Shown here: positions 54,416 through 64,000 of the stretch, in pieces
Layout of the letters: each line of letters starts with the position of its first letter
Position numbering within the stretch: the stretch's first letter is position 1
Origin: Candidatus Latescibacterota bacterium
GTDB lineage: Bacteria > Latescibacterota > UBA2968 > UBA8231
Direction of reading: 5' to 3'
Assembly: GCA_965219385.1 (NCBI GenBank)
Contig: CBDCNM010000002.1
Coordinates: 4,288,305-4,352,304, forward strand
Length of the DNA: 64,000 nucleotides
Notes under the pieces: generated by a model
Seen by the model: the letters and a program-made list of their open reading frames with translations, nothing else
What the model was told of the DNA's origin: nothing
The model's database searches: none
Translations under genes and position numbers: made by a program

Positions 54416-55978
54416 ATGCCGAAACCACCCGATTACGGAGTCATCTACAACTGGGACGGAGCGCCCCATGGCTACTCCGAGTACCCGCAAACCAAGGAGC
54501 AATTCCTCGACAAGACCTACGCCGTCATGAAGGATACCCAGGTCGGGGCCCACTTCTGGAGCCTGGGCGGTTCGGAGCTTGGGCGCTGGCGCCGCGGAGA
54601 GATCGCCGCGCGCGCGCCCGGGACCTACCAGAGCGCCGGCCACTTCGTCGGCTCCGAGAACCTCATCGCCATGTACGAGCGCGGGGAGGATCCGCACGAT
54701 GCCCTGATCGAACGCGGTCACCAACTCGGCCTGCACGTGTACGGCTCGGTGCGGATGAACGACAACCACTTCGGCGGCATGCAGCCCGGGGATATGGCCG
54801 GCTCGAAGCATCCGGCCCTGGCCGATTTCCGCCGCGCCCATCCCGAGTACCTCATCGGGGATCGCACCACAGAGTGGTTTGCCCTGTCCTACGACTTCTC
54901 CATCGCCGAGGTCCGCCAGCGCCGCTTCGACAGCATCAAGGAGCTGTGCGAGCTCTACGACTGGGACGGGATCGAGCTGGACTGGCAAAGGCATGGCTTC
55001 CACTTCGACCAGGACTACGGCTATCGCTTCCGCTATACCCTGACCGATCTCCAGCGGGCGGTGCGCCGTCTGACCGACGAAATCGGGGCGCGGCGGGGCC
55101 GGCCGTTCTACCTGGCGGCCCGGGTCAATGGCTACCTGGACATGTGCCACAACATCGGCTACGACATCCAGACCTGGGTCGAGGAAGGGCTGGTCGACAT
55201 CCTGATTCCCGCGGGCGGCGCGGCCACGGAGACCGAGGCCGAGGTGGCCCGGTTCAAAGAGGTTTGCGCCGGGTCCGATGTGGTGGTCTACCCGGGCTTC
55301 GACTCGGGCGTGCCCGGGCTGTCGCCGCATCCGGAAGGCGCCTACATCAAGGACCAGATGATGACCCGCGCTATTTCCGCCCGGCACTACGCCCAGGGTG
55401 CGGACGGGATCTACGTGTTCAATTGGCACGCCGATGGGGAGACGCGCCGCGACCTGCTGAGCACCATCGGCGCGGCCGAGACCCTGCGGCGGAAGGACAA
55501 AATATACGCGGCGACCCGTCGATTCCTGGTCTACGAGGGCGAGTGGCGGGGTGCCTACAGGAACGACCGAATCCGCGGAACTGTGCCGGTGCCGCTGAGG
55601 GAGACCATCACCGGCGATGGGCCGACGATCGTCCTCGAGGTGGCGGACGATCTGGCGCAGGATGTGCCGTCGAGCCTGGAGCTGCGGGTGCGGCTGGAGG
55701 ACTGGTTGAGAGGAGACGTGGTCCGGGTGGAGCTGGACGGCGCGGAGCTGGAGGGCCTGGAAGCGACCTACGAACTCGCGTCGCCGCTTTCAGCGGTCAG
55801 CGCCACGGTCTGGCTATCGAAGGCGCTGAATCCCGAGGCTGTGTCCAGGGGCATCCACCAGGTCAAGGTGGCCCTGGTCGAACGGAACCGGCTGCTGGAC
55901 TCGGATATCGTGCTTACGGACGTGGAGCTCGTGGTCAGGTTCGGGGAGGCTGCATCCAGGACACAAGGGGGCGGATAA
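54416..55978 (+). CDS. GHL10-like TIM-barrel protein, no signal peptide
   Basis: S.RMND.H, HPEY, YDWDGIELDW.RH and GADGIYVFN motifs. Confidence 0.7.
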   Translation: MPKPPDYGVIYNWDGAPHGYSEYPQTKEQFLDKTYAVMKDTQVGAHFWSLGGSELGRWRRGEIAARAPGTYQSAGHFVGSENLIAMYERGEDPHDALIERGHQLGLHVYGSVRMNDNHFGGMQPGDMAGSKHPALADFRRAHPEYLIGDRTTEWFALSYDFSIAEVRQRRFDSIKELCELYDWDGIELDWQRHGFHFDQDYGYRFRYTLTDLQRAVRRLTDEIGARRGRPFYLAARVNGYLDMCHNIGYDIQTWVEEGLVDILIPAGGAATETEAEVARFKEVCAGSDVVVYPGFDSGVPGLSPHPEGAYIKDQMMTRAISARHYAQGADGIYVFNWHADGETRRDLLSTIGAAETLRRKDKIYAATRRFLVYEGEWRGAYRNDRIRGTVPVPLRETITGDGPTIVLEVADDLAQDVPSSLELRVRLEDWLRGDVVRVELDGAELEGLEATYELASPLSAVSATVWLSKALNPEAVSRGIHQVKVALVERNRLLDSDIVLTDVELVVRFGEAASRTQGGG

Positions 55979-56012
55979 ACCTGCTGATGTTCAATTCAAG
56001 AGGGAGTTTGAG

Positions 56013-57182
56013 ATGCAGACTGCGGATGCCGTAGTCATCGGCGCCGGCATCAACGGCGCCTCCACCGCCTACAATCTGGTGGCGCGCGGCCTCAAAAACG
56101 TCGTCCTCGTAGAGAAACAACTCATCGCCTCGGGCGGCACCGGCCGCTCGGCCGCCATCATCCGCCAGCACTATTCCAACGAGGAGCTGGTGCGCCTGGT
56201 CAAACGCAGCGTCGACATCTTCCACGACTTTGACAACCTGGTCGGCGGCGACCCTGGTTTTATCAATTGTGGCTGGGCTTTTCTGATTCCCGAAGGCGTT
56301 TCCGATGGTTTTACGGCCAACCTGGAAATGGGGCAGCGGCTGGGCGTGGAGGTGCGCGAAATTTCGCCCGAGGAGCTCAATGAAATAGAACCTCGAGTCG
56401 AGCTTGCCGACGTCCACCGCGTGGCCTATGAACCACGGTCCGGGTACGCCGATCCGCGGGCCAGCACCCACGCCTACACCAAGCGGTTCGTCGACCTGGG
56501 CGGAGCACTCTGGCAACTCACCTCGGCGGAGGGGCTCATCACCGAGGGCAGCCGGGTCAAAGGGGTGCAGACCGACGCCGGGGGAATATCCACCGACATC
56601 GTGGTCAATGCCGCCGGCCCCTGGGCCGACCGCGTCGCCCGGTGGGCCGGGATTGATTTGCCCCTGGAGATCACGCGGGAAGAGGAGATTATCTTCGATA
56701 CCGCCAGCGCCGGAGGGCCCCCCAGGCTTTGCTTTTCCGATATGGCCAAGGCCATCTACTACCGCCCCGACGGGGCGAACCGGACCCTGGTGGGGCGGGG
56801 TTTTCCCAAGGACTACGAATACGTCGAGCCCGATGGTTACAACCAGGAAGTCGATGTCTCGTTCATTGCCGAAGTAACCGGACGCCTGCAGGAGCGCTGG
56901 CCCGGCTTCGACCAGGTGCTTGCGCTCAATTCCTACACCGGGCTCTACGATGTAACCCCGGACTGGCACCCAGTTCTGGGGCGGGTTGACGGGGTGGAGG
57001 GCCTGTACCTGTGCGCCGGTTTCAGCGGCCACGGCTTTAAGATCGGTCCGGCCATCGGCGAAGTCATGGCCGAAGAGATCGTCGACGGGGGCGCCCATTC
57101 GATCGACATAACCCGCCTGAACCTGCGCCGCTTCGCCCAGGACACCCTGATCGGCGCTGCCTACGGCACCAACCGCGCCTGA
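56013..57182 (+). CDS. FAD-dependent amine oxidoreductase (DAO/sarcosine oxidase beta-like)
   Basis: VIGAGING, TGRSAA, NAAGPW, TPD.HP and GFSGHGFK motifs. Confidence 0.92.
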   Translation: MQTADAVVIGAGINGASTAYNLVARGLKNVVLVEKQLIASGGTGRSAAIIRQHYSNEELVRLVKRSVDIFHDFDNLVGGDPGFINCGWAFLIPEGVSDGFTANLEMGQRLGVEVREISPEELNEIEPRVELADVHRVAYEPRSGYADPRASTHAYTKRFVDLGGALWQLTSAEGLITEGSRVKGVQTDAGGISTDIVVNAAGPWADRVARWAGIDLPLEITREEEIIFDTASAGGPPRLCFSDMAKAIYYRPDGANRTLVGRGFPKDYEYVEPDGYNQEVDVSFIAEVTGRLQERWPGFDQVLALNSYTGLYDVTPDWHPVLGRVDGVEGLYLCAGFSGHGFKIGPAIGEVMAEEIVDGGAHSIDITRLNLRRFAQDTLIGAAYGTNRA

Positions 57183-57253
57183 ACGGGGACCGTGAGGCCG
57201 TGGGTCTTGAGGGTACGGGCATCCCTGATTTATTGGGGCCCGGCAGGTCGTCG

Positions 57254-58018
57254 TTATTTTCCCGGTTCACTCATCCCGAACGCGTGCAGGTAGATCCGCG
57301 TGATCTGGTTGAGGTTGCCGTAGAAGGCGCGCACCTCCGGGTCGGGATGGTCCTTCCAGAACATAGGAGGAATAAGCGAGTCATCGGCCAGGTAGGGGCG
57401 CTGGCGGTGTCCGTAGTAGACCTGCACGGTCTTGCGCTCGCTCCGGGTCGGCCGGGTCGTAGCGGTGTGGAGCACTGCTACGTTGAAGAGACAGACCGTG
57501 CCGGCGGGACCGTGGATATCAATGGAGCCGTCGCGTTCGAGTTGTTGGGCCCGGTCCTCGAGGATGGGTTCATCCACGGACTCGGGCGACAGCGAGAAGC
57601 AGTGGGTGGTCTCGTCGACATCGGTGAGATAGAGCATGAGCTGGATGAAGTCCAGGCGCAGGGGGTGCTCGAGCCAGTGCGGTCTATCCCGGTGCCAGCC
57701 CTGTTTCAATGCTCCGTCGTGGGGGCCCATGTGGCGAGCGCCGATTTCGCCGAAGCAGACCGGGCCGCCCATGAGTGCTTCGACGGCCTGCAGGATAAGG
57801 GGGTGGCGGATGACTTTATCGAATGCGGGAGAGGTGATCAGGGCGTCGTAGTTGCCATCCTGGGTGCCGCGGCGAGCCCAGCGCAGCGGTACCTTGCGGC
57901 GATCGGCGTCGAAGATTTCGGTGAATTCCCTTACTTCGTCGGGGGTTACCAGGTCGGTGCGCACGACATACCCGTAGTGGCGAAAAAAATCGAGATCAAA
58001 CTCGGTCAGGACGCTCAT
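57254..58018 (-). CDS. PhyH-family Fe(II)/2-oxoglutarate dioxygenase
   Basis: F..YGYV, WHRD, YLTDV and AGT..LF....LH motifs. Confidence 0.85.
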   Translation of the reverse strand: MSVLTEFDLDFFRHYGYVVRTDLVTPDEVREFTEIFDADRRKVPLRWARRGTQDGNYDALITSPAFDKVIRHPLILQAVEALMGGPVCFGEIGARHMGPHDGALKQGWHRDRPHWLEHPLRLDFIQLMLYLTDVDETTHCFSLSPESVDEPILEDRAQQLERDGSIDIHGPAGTVCLFNVAVLHTATTRPTRSERKTVQVYYGHRQRPYLADDSLIPPMFWKDHPDPEVRAFYGNLNQITRIYLHAFGMSEPGK

Positions 58019-58213
58019 GATGGGTTCCCGGGTTGGGTGAAGGTTTGAGGAAATCGTCAGAATTAATCCTTGTCCGGTTTCGCTGTCAAGGGGAGTGGAC
58101 CGGGCCGTGCCAGGGCGATAAGCTGGTGCTCCTTGATCGTTGCAATAGTACGGAGTATCTTTCCTGGACCAAGCGATTGTGGACAACACCGAGTATGGAA
58201 AAAGGAGATTGCC

Positions 58214-59791
58214 ATGCCTTCACCAGCTGAGGCCCCCAGGGTTCTGTCCAACGACGATGGCTGGATCCTGAGTAGCTATGGACCGCCCATCGCCATCGAC
58301 GATCTGCGCGACAAGATGATCGCGCCCCATGCAGGTTCGCCCATAGATACCTTCGTCTGGAGCGTCGGGGGGCGCGAGGTCTTCTCGTACGAGACCGAAA
58401 TAGGAGAGCGCTTTGCCCAGGATGTCGAGGAATTCGACAATCCAGCGGACCGGGTCCGGGCCGGGAACCTTCGCCATTTGATTGCCAATCACGGCGGTCC
58501 GGTCGCTGTAATCGCGCGGCTGTGCCGCGAGACCGGGCTGAAGTTCTTCCCGTCCCTGCGGATGAACACCCACTACAACACCGACGAATCCGACCTGTCC
58601 TTCGGCCGCTTTCGCCGGGATCATCCCGAGTTGCTGATCGGGCGGCCCGGTGAAGAACTGGCGGCAGGCAGCCCGATGTGGGGCCTGCGCACCGGCAAGG
58701 ACTTTGCCTTCCCCCAGGTCCGCGATTTCATGAACAGCATCGCCGGCGAATTGCTGGAACGCTTCGACGTCGACGGGATCGAGCTGGATTTCATGCGCCA
58801 CCCGGGGGTTTTCCGTCCGGATGAGGCCGGCGCCAATCGCTACCTTTTGACCGACATGGTCCGGCAGTTGCGGCAACGCATGGAGGCAATCGGCCAAGAA
58901 AAGGGACGGGAGCTGGAGCTGGCGGTGCGCCTCGCCCCGACGCTGGCCGACTCGGAGCGGCTTGGCATGGAGGCGGAAGTCTGGATCAAGGAAGGATTGG
59001 TGGACCTCGTCGTCACCGGGCTGGGCTTCAACCCGTTCGAGGCCAAGGTCGCGGAGTTCGTCGAGGCGGCGGCGGGCACCCGCTGCCGGATCCTCGGTTG
59101 CTTCGAGGCCCTGCGGCCGGTCATGGACACCGAGGTGCTGCGGGCCATGGCCGCGCGCTACTGGGACGCCGGCGCCGACGGGCTCTACTTTTTTAACTTT
59201 TACAGCATGGCGGCGGAGTGGAAGAAAAACGTCGTTGGCGAACTGGTCAATCCGGAGGCCCTGGCGCGGCTCGACAAGATTTACGAGATCGACACGGCGC
59301 GGCCGAGTGCGCCCGATTCCCAGATCGGCCACGCCTTTCGCTACTGTCTCCCGCTCGAACAGCTGCCCGTGCGCCTGGAAAAGACCCACACCGATCGCGG
59401 GGCACTCCTGCATTTCGACATCGTCGACGATCTGGAAAGCGCCAGGGAGAGCGGCGCTCTGGCACGGTGCGTGCTGGGCCTGGGCTTCCAGAACCTGAGC
59501 GCGGAGGACCAGATCGAGGCGAAACTCAACGGTCAGATCCTCGAATGGGGGACGCGGCGAGTGCCGTCGGGGCCGTGGACCCGCCAGGGCTACGAAGGGC
59601 TCTGGAACTTCTATCCCTCCAGGACGATACCGGTTCCGTTCGAGTCCGATCCGGTGGAGTTCGAGGTGGATGTGCCTCCAATCAGACAGGGAAGAAACCA
59701 GCTGGAGGTGCGCCTGGTCGAGCGCGGGGGCGCTGCGCAGACCGTCCCTGTTGTCCAGGACGTGCGCATCTGGATCAACTATGGACCCTGA
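58214..59791 (+). CDS. GHL10-like TIM-barrel protein, paralogue of 54416-55978
   Basis: SLRMN.H, HPE, DGIELDF.RH and GADGLYFFN motifs; AAGGAG RBS. Confidence 0.7.
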   Translation: MPSPAEAPRVLSNDDGWILSSYGPPIAIDDLRDKMIAPHAGSPIDTFVWSVGGREVFSYETEIGERFAQDVEEFDNPADRVRAGNLRHLIANHGGPVAVIARLCRETGLKFFPSLRMNTHYNTDESDLSFGRFRRDHPELLIGRPGEELAAGSPMWGLRTGKDFAFPQVRDFMNSIAGELLERFDVDGIELDFMRHPGVFRPDEAGANRYLLTDMVRQLRQRMEAIGQEKGRELELAVRLAPTLADSERLGMEAEVWIKEGLVDLVVTGLGFNPFEAKVAEFVEAAAGTRCRILGCFEALRPVMDTEVLRAMAARYWDAGADGLYFFNFYSMAAEWKKNVVGELVNPEALARLDKIYEIDTARPSAPDSQIGHAFRYCLPLEQLPVRLEKTHTDRGALLHFDIVDDLESARESGALARCVLGLGFQNLSAEDQIEAKLNGQILEWGTRRVPSGPWTRQGYEGLWNFYPSRTIPVPFESDPVEFEVDVPPIRQGRNQLEVRLVERGGAAQTVPVVQDVRIWINYGP

Positions 59792-59800
59792 GTTAAGGAG

Positions 59801-61342
59801 GTGAAGGAGGTACCTGTGGCACACTATACCACCCTCGAAAATCTGAGTGAATTCGGACCGTGGCTATACGAGGGTCGCGCCGAAGGAGTTTTGCTGGGGG
59901 CCGCCATCCTGTTTTTCGCGGCCATGGCATGGGCGGAAGAGCCGGTCTACCCGAAGACCGGCCCGGTCGAAGAGGGGTTTTCGTGGCGCGAAGAGATCGC
60001 GGGGAAGATTCCGCCCCTCGAGCATGACCGGGGCGAACGCTGGCCCATGATCCTGTGGGACAGCGTGGGTTTTGAGCCGCTGTCCGCGGAGGTGCATCAG
60101 GCGCTGTTGGCGCGGGGTATTGTGCAGCATATTCGCATGGAAACAAAGATGATCGCCACCGCCAAAGCCCTCCAGGAGGCGGGGGCGCCCGTCGTCATGG
60201 TGCAGGGCGCCAGCGGCACCTGGCGCTACCAGATGGGCGGGGCTGAAAGCGAGTGGGCCCACCAGTTCGAGGCGGGTTACACCCCTGAGTCGAAGCGCCT
60301 CCACGCCTGTCCGCACCGATTTGCCGGCTATGCGGTGCGGGCCGATACCGTGCGCCAGATCCTGGGCGCCTTCAAGGAGGCCGGGGTTGTGGTGGATGCG
60401 GTCTGGATGGACTGGGAAGACGATCCTTACGTGCCGAGTACCAAGGGCGATCTCTACGAACAGGCCCGCCACTGCCAGCGCTGCCGCGCGGAGCTGCCGC
60501 CCGCGGTCCTGGAGGATGAGGAGCGCTTTCTGGATTACTGCTGGCGGCTCTACCAGGAACTCAACGGGGCTTACCTGGCAGGGCCGGTGCTCGAGGTGTT
60601 TCCCCGGTGTTCGGTTACCAACTGGATGATCCTCTACTCGACGCCGGAGCGGACGGCCCGGCACTGGAACGACCGGACCCTGGCGCCGTTTATCCCGCCC
60701 GTTTTCAACGCCACCAACCCGGTGGCCTACGGCAACGACAAGTTCTGGCGCGCCGCCTGGAAAGACGGATTTCCCCTCGACCGCGAGCACGTGGATCAAT
60801 TCTATATGCACCTGATGCTGCGCATGGTCTCGGACGACGCGGCCAACCGGCAGCGCTATCGGCCCGAGACCAAGAGCTTTCCATGGGTGGTGCGCTGGTG
60901 CCCGGATATCAACGACCCCAAGATCCCGATGATGAGCCGCGAGGCGTACCGGGAATCGCTGCGGCACATGTGGCTGCGCGGCGTCGACGGGATGCAGATC
61001 TTTCAGCCGCGGCGTCCAGACTACCATCACATCTCCGTGGGCGAGGTCTACGATGCGGTCGCGGTGTACGACGAGATGCTGGCCTACCGGGAATTCCTCG
61101 ACCACGGCAAAATCCTGAGCACCGACGTGCCCGTCCTCCAGGACGACGGCGTGGTCTGGTCCGGGCTGCGGCTGGAAGACCGGGCTGTGGTGCGGGCTTA
61201 CGCGCAGAGCAAGGGCAGGGCCGTCTTTGAGATTCAGCCGTGGCCGTCGACCAGGGTGGAACTGGTTGCGACCGACCAGGGCAGGACCTACCTGCTCGAA
61301 CGGGTGGGGAACGAGGTGGAGGTGGAGGACCTCGGCCGTTAA
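59801..61342 (+). CDS. Hypothetical protein (start uncertain; signal-like segment near aa 30-45)
   Basis: 513-aa ORF with host codon bias; CxxC motif. Confidence 0.7.
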   Translation: MKEVPVAHYTTLENLSEFGPWLYEGRAEGVLLGAAILFFAAMAWAEEPVYPKTGPVEEGFSWREEIAGKIPPLEHDRGERWPMILWDSVGFEPLSAEVHQALLARGIVQHIRMETKMIATAKALQEAGAPVVMVQGASGTWRYQMGGAESEWAHQFEAGYTPESKRLHACPHRFAGYAVRADTVRQILGAFKEAGVVVDAVWMDWEDDPYVPSTKGDLYEQARHCQRCRAELPPAVLEDEERFLDYCWRLYQELNGAYLAGPVLEVFPRCSVTNWMILYSTPERTARHWNDRTLAPFIPPVFNATNPVAYGNDKFWRAAWKDGFPLDREHVDQFYMHLMLRMVSDDAANRQRYRPETKSFPWVVRWCPDINDPKIPMMSREAYRESLRHMWLRGVDGMQIFQPRRPDYHHISVGEVYDAVAVYDEMLAYREFLDHGKILSTDVPVLQDDGVVWSGLRLEDRAVVRAYAQSKGRAVFEIQPWPSTRVELVATDQGRTYLLERVGNEVEVEDLGR

Positions 61343-61391
61343 AAGCATGAGTTACTCGACCCAGCCAGGGCACAGATTAGGAGGAGGACTC

Positions 61392-61545
61392 ATGAAGATC
61401 GGTTATTCTACCTGGGGCATGCCCAAATTGCCCATTGACGAGGCCCTGGAACACCTGTCCGGTCTGGGCTTCGACGGGGTCGAGCCTACGGTCATTCGCG
61501 GTTATAGCACCGAGCTGGACACCTTGAACGCGGCCGCGCTCGGCC
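61392..61545 (+). pseudogene. Sugar-phosphate isomerase/epimerase (xylose isomerase-like) N-terminal fragment
   Basis: GGAGG RBS, MKIGYSTWGM...LGFDGVE, then runs into a convergent gene. Confidence 0.7.
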
Positions 61546-61547
61546 GG

Positions 61548-61835
61548 CTATTTGACCACCACCACCTTGCGCGACGAGATGATTCCCCAGGTGACCCCCC
61601 CGATGAGTGCGTCGATGAAACCGGCCCCTGTCTTGATGGTGTAGTCCTCGGCTCCGCCGGCCATGGCGCGCGTATCCACCCTGTTGAGCGGCGCCACACC
61701 AAAGAGAATGTAAAACTGCCGTGTGGCGACCACATTCGTCCCTTGTGCCCCCTCGCCCACCACGTGCACGTGGGCAGCGCAGCCGGCCAGGACGAAGACG
61801 GCCAGTAGCAATAGAGCAGTCAACTTCTTCTTCAT
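61548..61835 (-). CDS. Bor/Iss-like small lipoprotein
   Basis: LAGC lipobox, 95 aa, YILFG motif. Confidence 0.7.
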   Translation of the reverse strand: MKKKLTALLLLAVFVLAGCAAHVHVVGEGAQGTNVVATRQFYILFGVAPLNRVDTRAMAGGAEDYTIKTGAGFIDALIGGVTWGIISSRKVVVVK

Positions 61836-61847
61836 GGAATCCCTCCT

Positions 61848-62423
61848 TTAGGGAATAATGTGAATGGAAGAAAGCACGGACTCGTAGGTCTTGATCATGG
61901 CACCGGTCCACGCTTTCCGGATGAGTACGTCCAACTGGTACACTGCCACGGGGGTCTGGACGAAGACCTGCCTGACGATAAAGCCCGAGCGCACAAAAGA
62001 GTATTCCCGCAGCGCCACCGCCTCCGAGTATAGAGATCGCACCCGCAGGAAGTCGTCCTCCGAACGGCGCTCCACCGGCTCGTACCCAGCCAGGTAGGCG
62101 AAGTCGGCGGACGGCTCCTGATCGACGATACGACTGAGGACAAACGCGTGCCCCGCCGCCAAGCCGCAGAAGTGTTTGATTTCGTATTGAAACCCGTGCC
62201 GATTGGCCTGGTTGGCCCGCGTCTCCATTACCTGCCGAAGGCTGTCGGGCAAGGCCGCGCACGCCTTGGGAAAAGCCAACTCCAGCGCCCCGAAACGCGC
62301 CGCCTCCCGCAGCAACGCCCGGTCATGGGCCAGGGAAGCCAAATGGCCCGTTTGGGTCTCGTCTGCGGCCGACGAAGCCACGACACAGCAGACCAGGAAT
62401 GCGGATACCGGAGCCGGTTTCAA
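61848..62423 (-). CDS. Hypothetical exported protein
   Basis: Probable TTG start overlapping the upstream TGA; signal-like N-terminus. Confidence 0.5.
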   Translation of the reverse strand: MKPAPVSAFLVCCVVASSAADETQTGHLASLAHDRALLREAARFGALELAFPKACAALPDSLRQVMETRANQANRHGFQYEIKHFCGLAAGHAFVLSRIVDQEPSADFAYLAGYEPVERRSEDDFLRVRSLYSEAVALREYSFVRSGFIVRQVFVQTPVAVYQLDVLIRKAWTGAMIKTYESVLSSIHIIP

Positions 62424-63643
62424 AACCACATCCCTCCGAATCCCCCTCCGCCGAAGGAAATGGAGATACCCAGTGTCACCGGCATCACATCCCGGGTCGG
62501 TAACTGAAAAAAGGGCCGGTCCACCCGCAATTCGAGCTTGAGGCGGACACTGGTGAGACGCATGGCCTCTATTCCGCCAACGGCATAGCCCCCCAGGCCA
62601 TTGCCATCTTCCAACTCCCGAGACTCCCAATCATCCTCCCACCAGTCCCGATCCTCATCCCACCGGTTTGCTTGTTCATAACCGGCCCAGATATGGGAGA
62701 ACCCACCGCCCACATAGGGCGAGAAATTCTGCTTGTTGAAGAAGTACCTTCCGCCGATTCCCCAGGAGAAGAAGTGAAAGCTGTCGCCCTCATTGTCCTC
62801 GCCTCCGGCGCCCCAAAACTCGGTCCCCAAGGCATAGGATGGTGTCTCGTGAAACCACCCAAGGGTGTATCCCGGCTTGGCGATCATGTCCGCGTCCGTG
62901 ATAAGGGCGAAGGTCCCGAGGAGCCCTATGTCCCAAAAGGACTCACCAGGTATCTTCCGGTGCACACGAGCCTCCTGTTGGACGACACTCTCCATGTCAA
63001 CCGTGGAAGCGAGCGATTTTCGGTGGACGAGCGCATCAACCAATCGCGGCGCGGCCGAGACCATTTCTTCGATACTACCCAATTGGATCTGGCGCTCGAT
63101 TAGGACCGTTCCGATGGGGTTTTCGTGACTCAATCGGACCAGGATCTTTTGACCCAGGCGGTGCAAACCCAGCCGATAAACACTCGCCGAGTCCGGCGTA
63201 CGGTAAACGGGCTCGCCGACCGGTATGCCCTGCTTGCGCAACTCGTCACATATCAGCAGGGCCGCGGTGCGCGCGTCGGCTTCCGGGAAACCCGAATGCT
63301 CTCCAATCAAGCAGACAGCCGGGGTTGGTATCGGCTGAGCGGCCTGCGCCGACGGCGTTCCGGTTTCGGCCTCAGGGGCCGGGGCATCCTTTTCAGCACC
63401 GACGTACTCCCCCACCTCCATCGCAGGTTCCCTGCCGATTTCGGCGATTTCGTCCATGGTATAGACGAATACGCTGCCGCCTTGGGTTTGTATCTTCAGC
63501 GATTCGCCCGGAATCTGCTCGATGATGGTGCCGCGGATAACGCTCCCATTCTTCAAGTGAACGACATCTTCCATCTGCTGAGCGAAAACCGTCGAAGTCG
63601 CTACAAAAACGGTCAGACAAGAAACCAGGATAAACCGTAGCAT
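62420..63643 (-). CDS. Exported protein with N-terminal LKNGS.I.G.IIE domain and C-terminal outer-membrane barrel-like domain
   Basis: Signal peptide, GGRYFF...SPYVGGG strands, C-terminal Phe. Confidence 0.7.
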   Translation of the reverse strand: MLRFILVSCLTVFVATSTVFAQQMEDVVHLKNGSVIRGTIIEQIPGESLKIQTQGGSVFVYTMDEIAEIGREPAMEVGEYVGAEKDAPAPEAETGTPSAQAAQPIPTPAVCLIGEHSGFPEADARTAALLICDELRKQGIPVGEPVYRTPDSASVYRLGLHRLGQKILVRLSHENPIGTVLIERQIQLGSIEEMVSAAPRLVDALVHRKSLASTVDMESVVQQEARVHRKIPGESFWDIGLLGTFALITDADMIAKPGYTLGWFHETPSYALGTEFWGAGGEDNEGDSFHFFSWGIGGRYFFNKQNFSPYVGGGFSHIWAGYEQANRWDEDRDWWEDDWESRELEDGNGLGGYAVGGIEAMRLTSVRLKLELRVDRPFFQLPTRDVMPVTLGISISFGGGGFGGMWF

Positions 63644-63905
63644 ATATTCCTCCATTCTTTGCGTGAGACGGAGTAGGGCTTCCGGCGCGGTGGCTTCAAC
63701 CGCGGTGAACATCGAAAAACCGCAATATAGATCTGCGTGTCAAGACGCCTTCGACCGTCACCAGCCTGGACAGGTAGGTGCCACTGGTCAAGGAAGGCTT
63801 ACTCATCCTGTTCATCACAGGATATGTTCTGAAGCTGCCCACAATCCTTGTATATTAAGCAGACCGCGTCCTGCAGATCCTGCCGGGCCTCTTCGATTTC
63901 AGATT

Positions 63906-64000
63906 TTAGGGACCCAAGGCGATATCTTTTGGCCACGCCAATCCGTCGTCTTCAGAGACGAGGGTTTCGATTTGGGATCCGTCGAGGTTGGCCCGCCGAA
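63906..64000 (-). CDS. C-terminus of an LDL-receptor class B (YWTD-like) repeat protein (partial)
   Basis: Reads RRANLDGSQIETLV...L.WP.DIALGP-stop. Confidence 0.6.
   Translation of the reverse strand, partial: RRANLDGSQIETLVSEDDGLAWPKDIALGP

Overview
GC-rich bacterial window, probably from an FCB-related (Latescibacterota/Gemmatimonadota-like) and possibly host-associated organism. This is inferred from a FlgD-Ig/T9SS-like C-terminal domain, SWGxxK tails, multiple PhyH paralogues and eukaryote-like repeat proteins. Layout: (i) 1-7.1 kb, end of a TonB-dependent receptor, then an MpaB/Lcp-like oxygenase + MMPL transporter + LolA-like protein + outer-membrane barrel operon; (ii) 7.1-14.3 kb, a decayed ABC/AAA-ATPase + DUF4276 pair split at codon 3 by a composite IS5 transposon, with a nested IS5 and an adjacent IS701-like element; (iii) ispH, squalene synthase and an acyl-CoA dehydrogenase/OsmC/PhnD-like/MetE-like operon; (iv) catabolic genes (Ldh-like, class III aminotransferase, M20, PhyH, GH42-like, GHL10-like, DAO); (v) a ~20 kb minus-strand secreted-protein island (giant M6 protease-adhesin, S8 protease, four tandem mosaic LRR genes). 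Best leads: a covarying ~170-190 nt hairpin element found four times, always in the sense orientation upstream of a gene; a shuffled LRR/propeptide cassette array with a shared C-terminal SWGxxK motif; a PhyH enzyme with a halogenase-type HxG motif; and an apparent A:T>C:G mutation signature in decayed IS elements. Family assignments come from motif recognition only; no searches were run. Many single-base frameshifts may be assembly errors.
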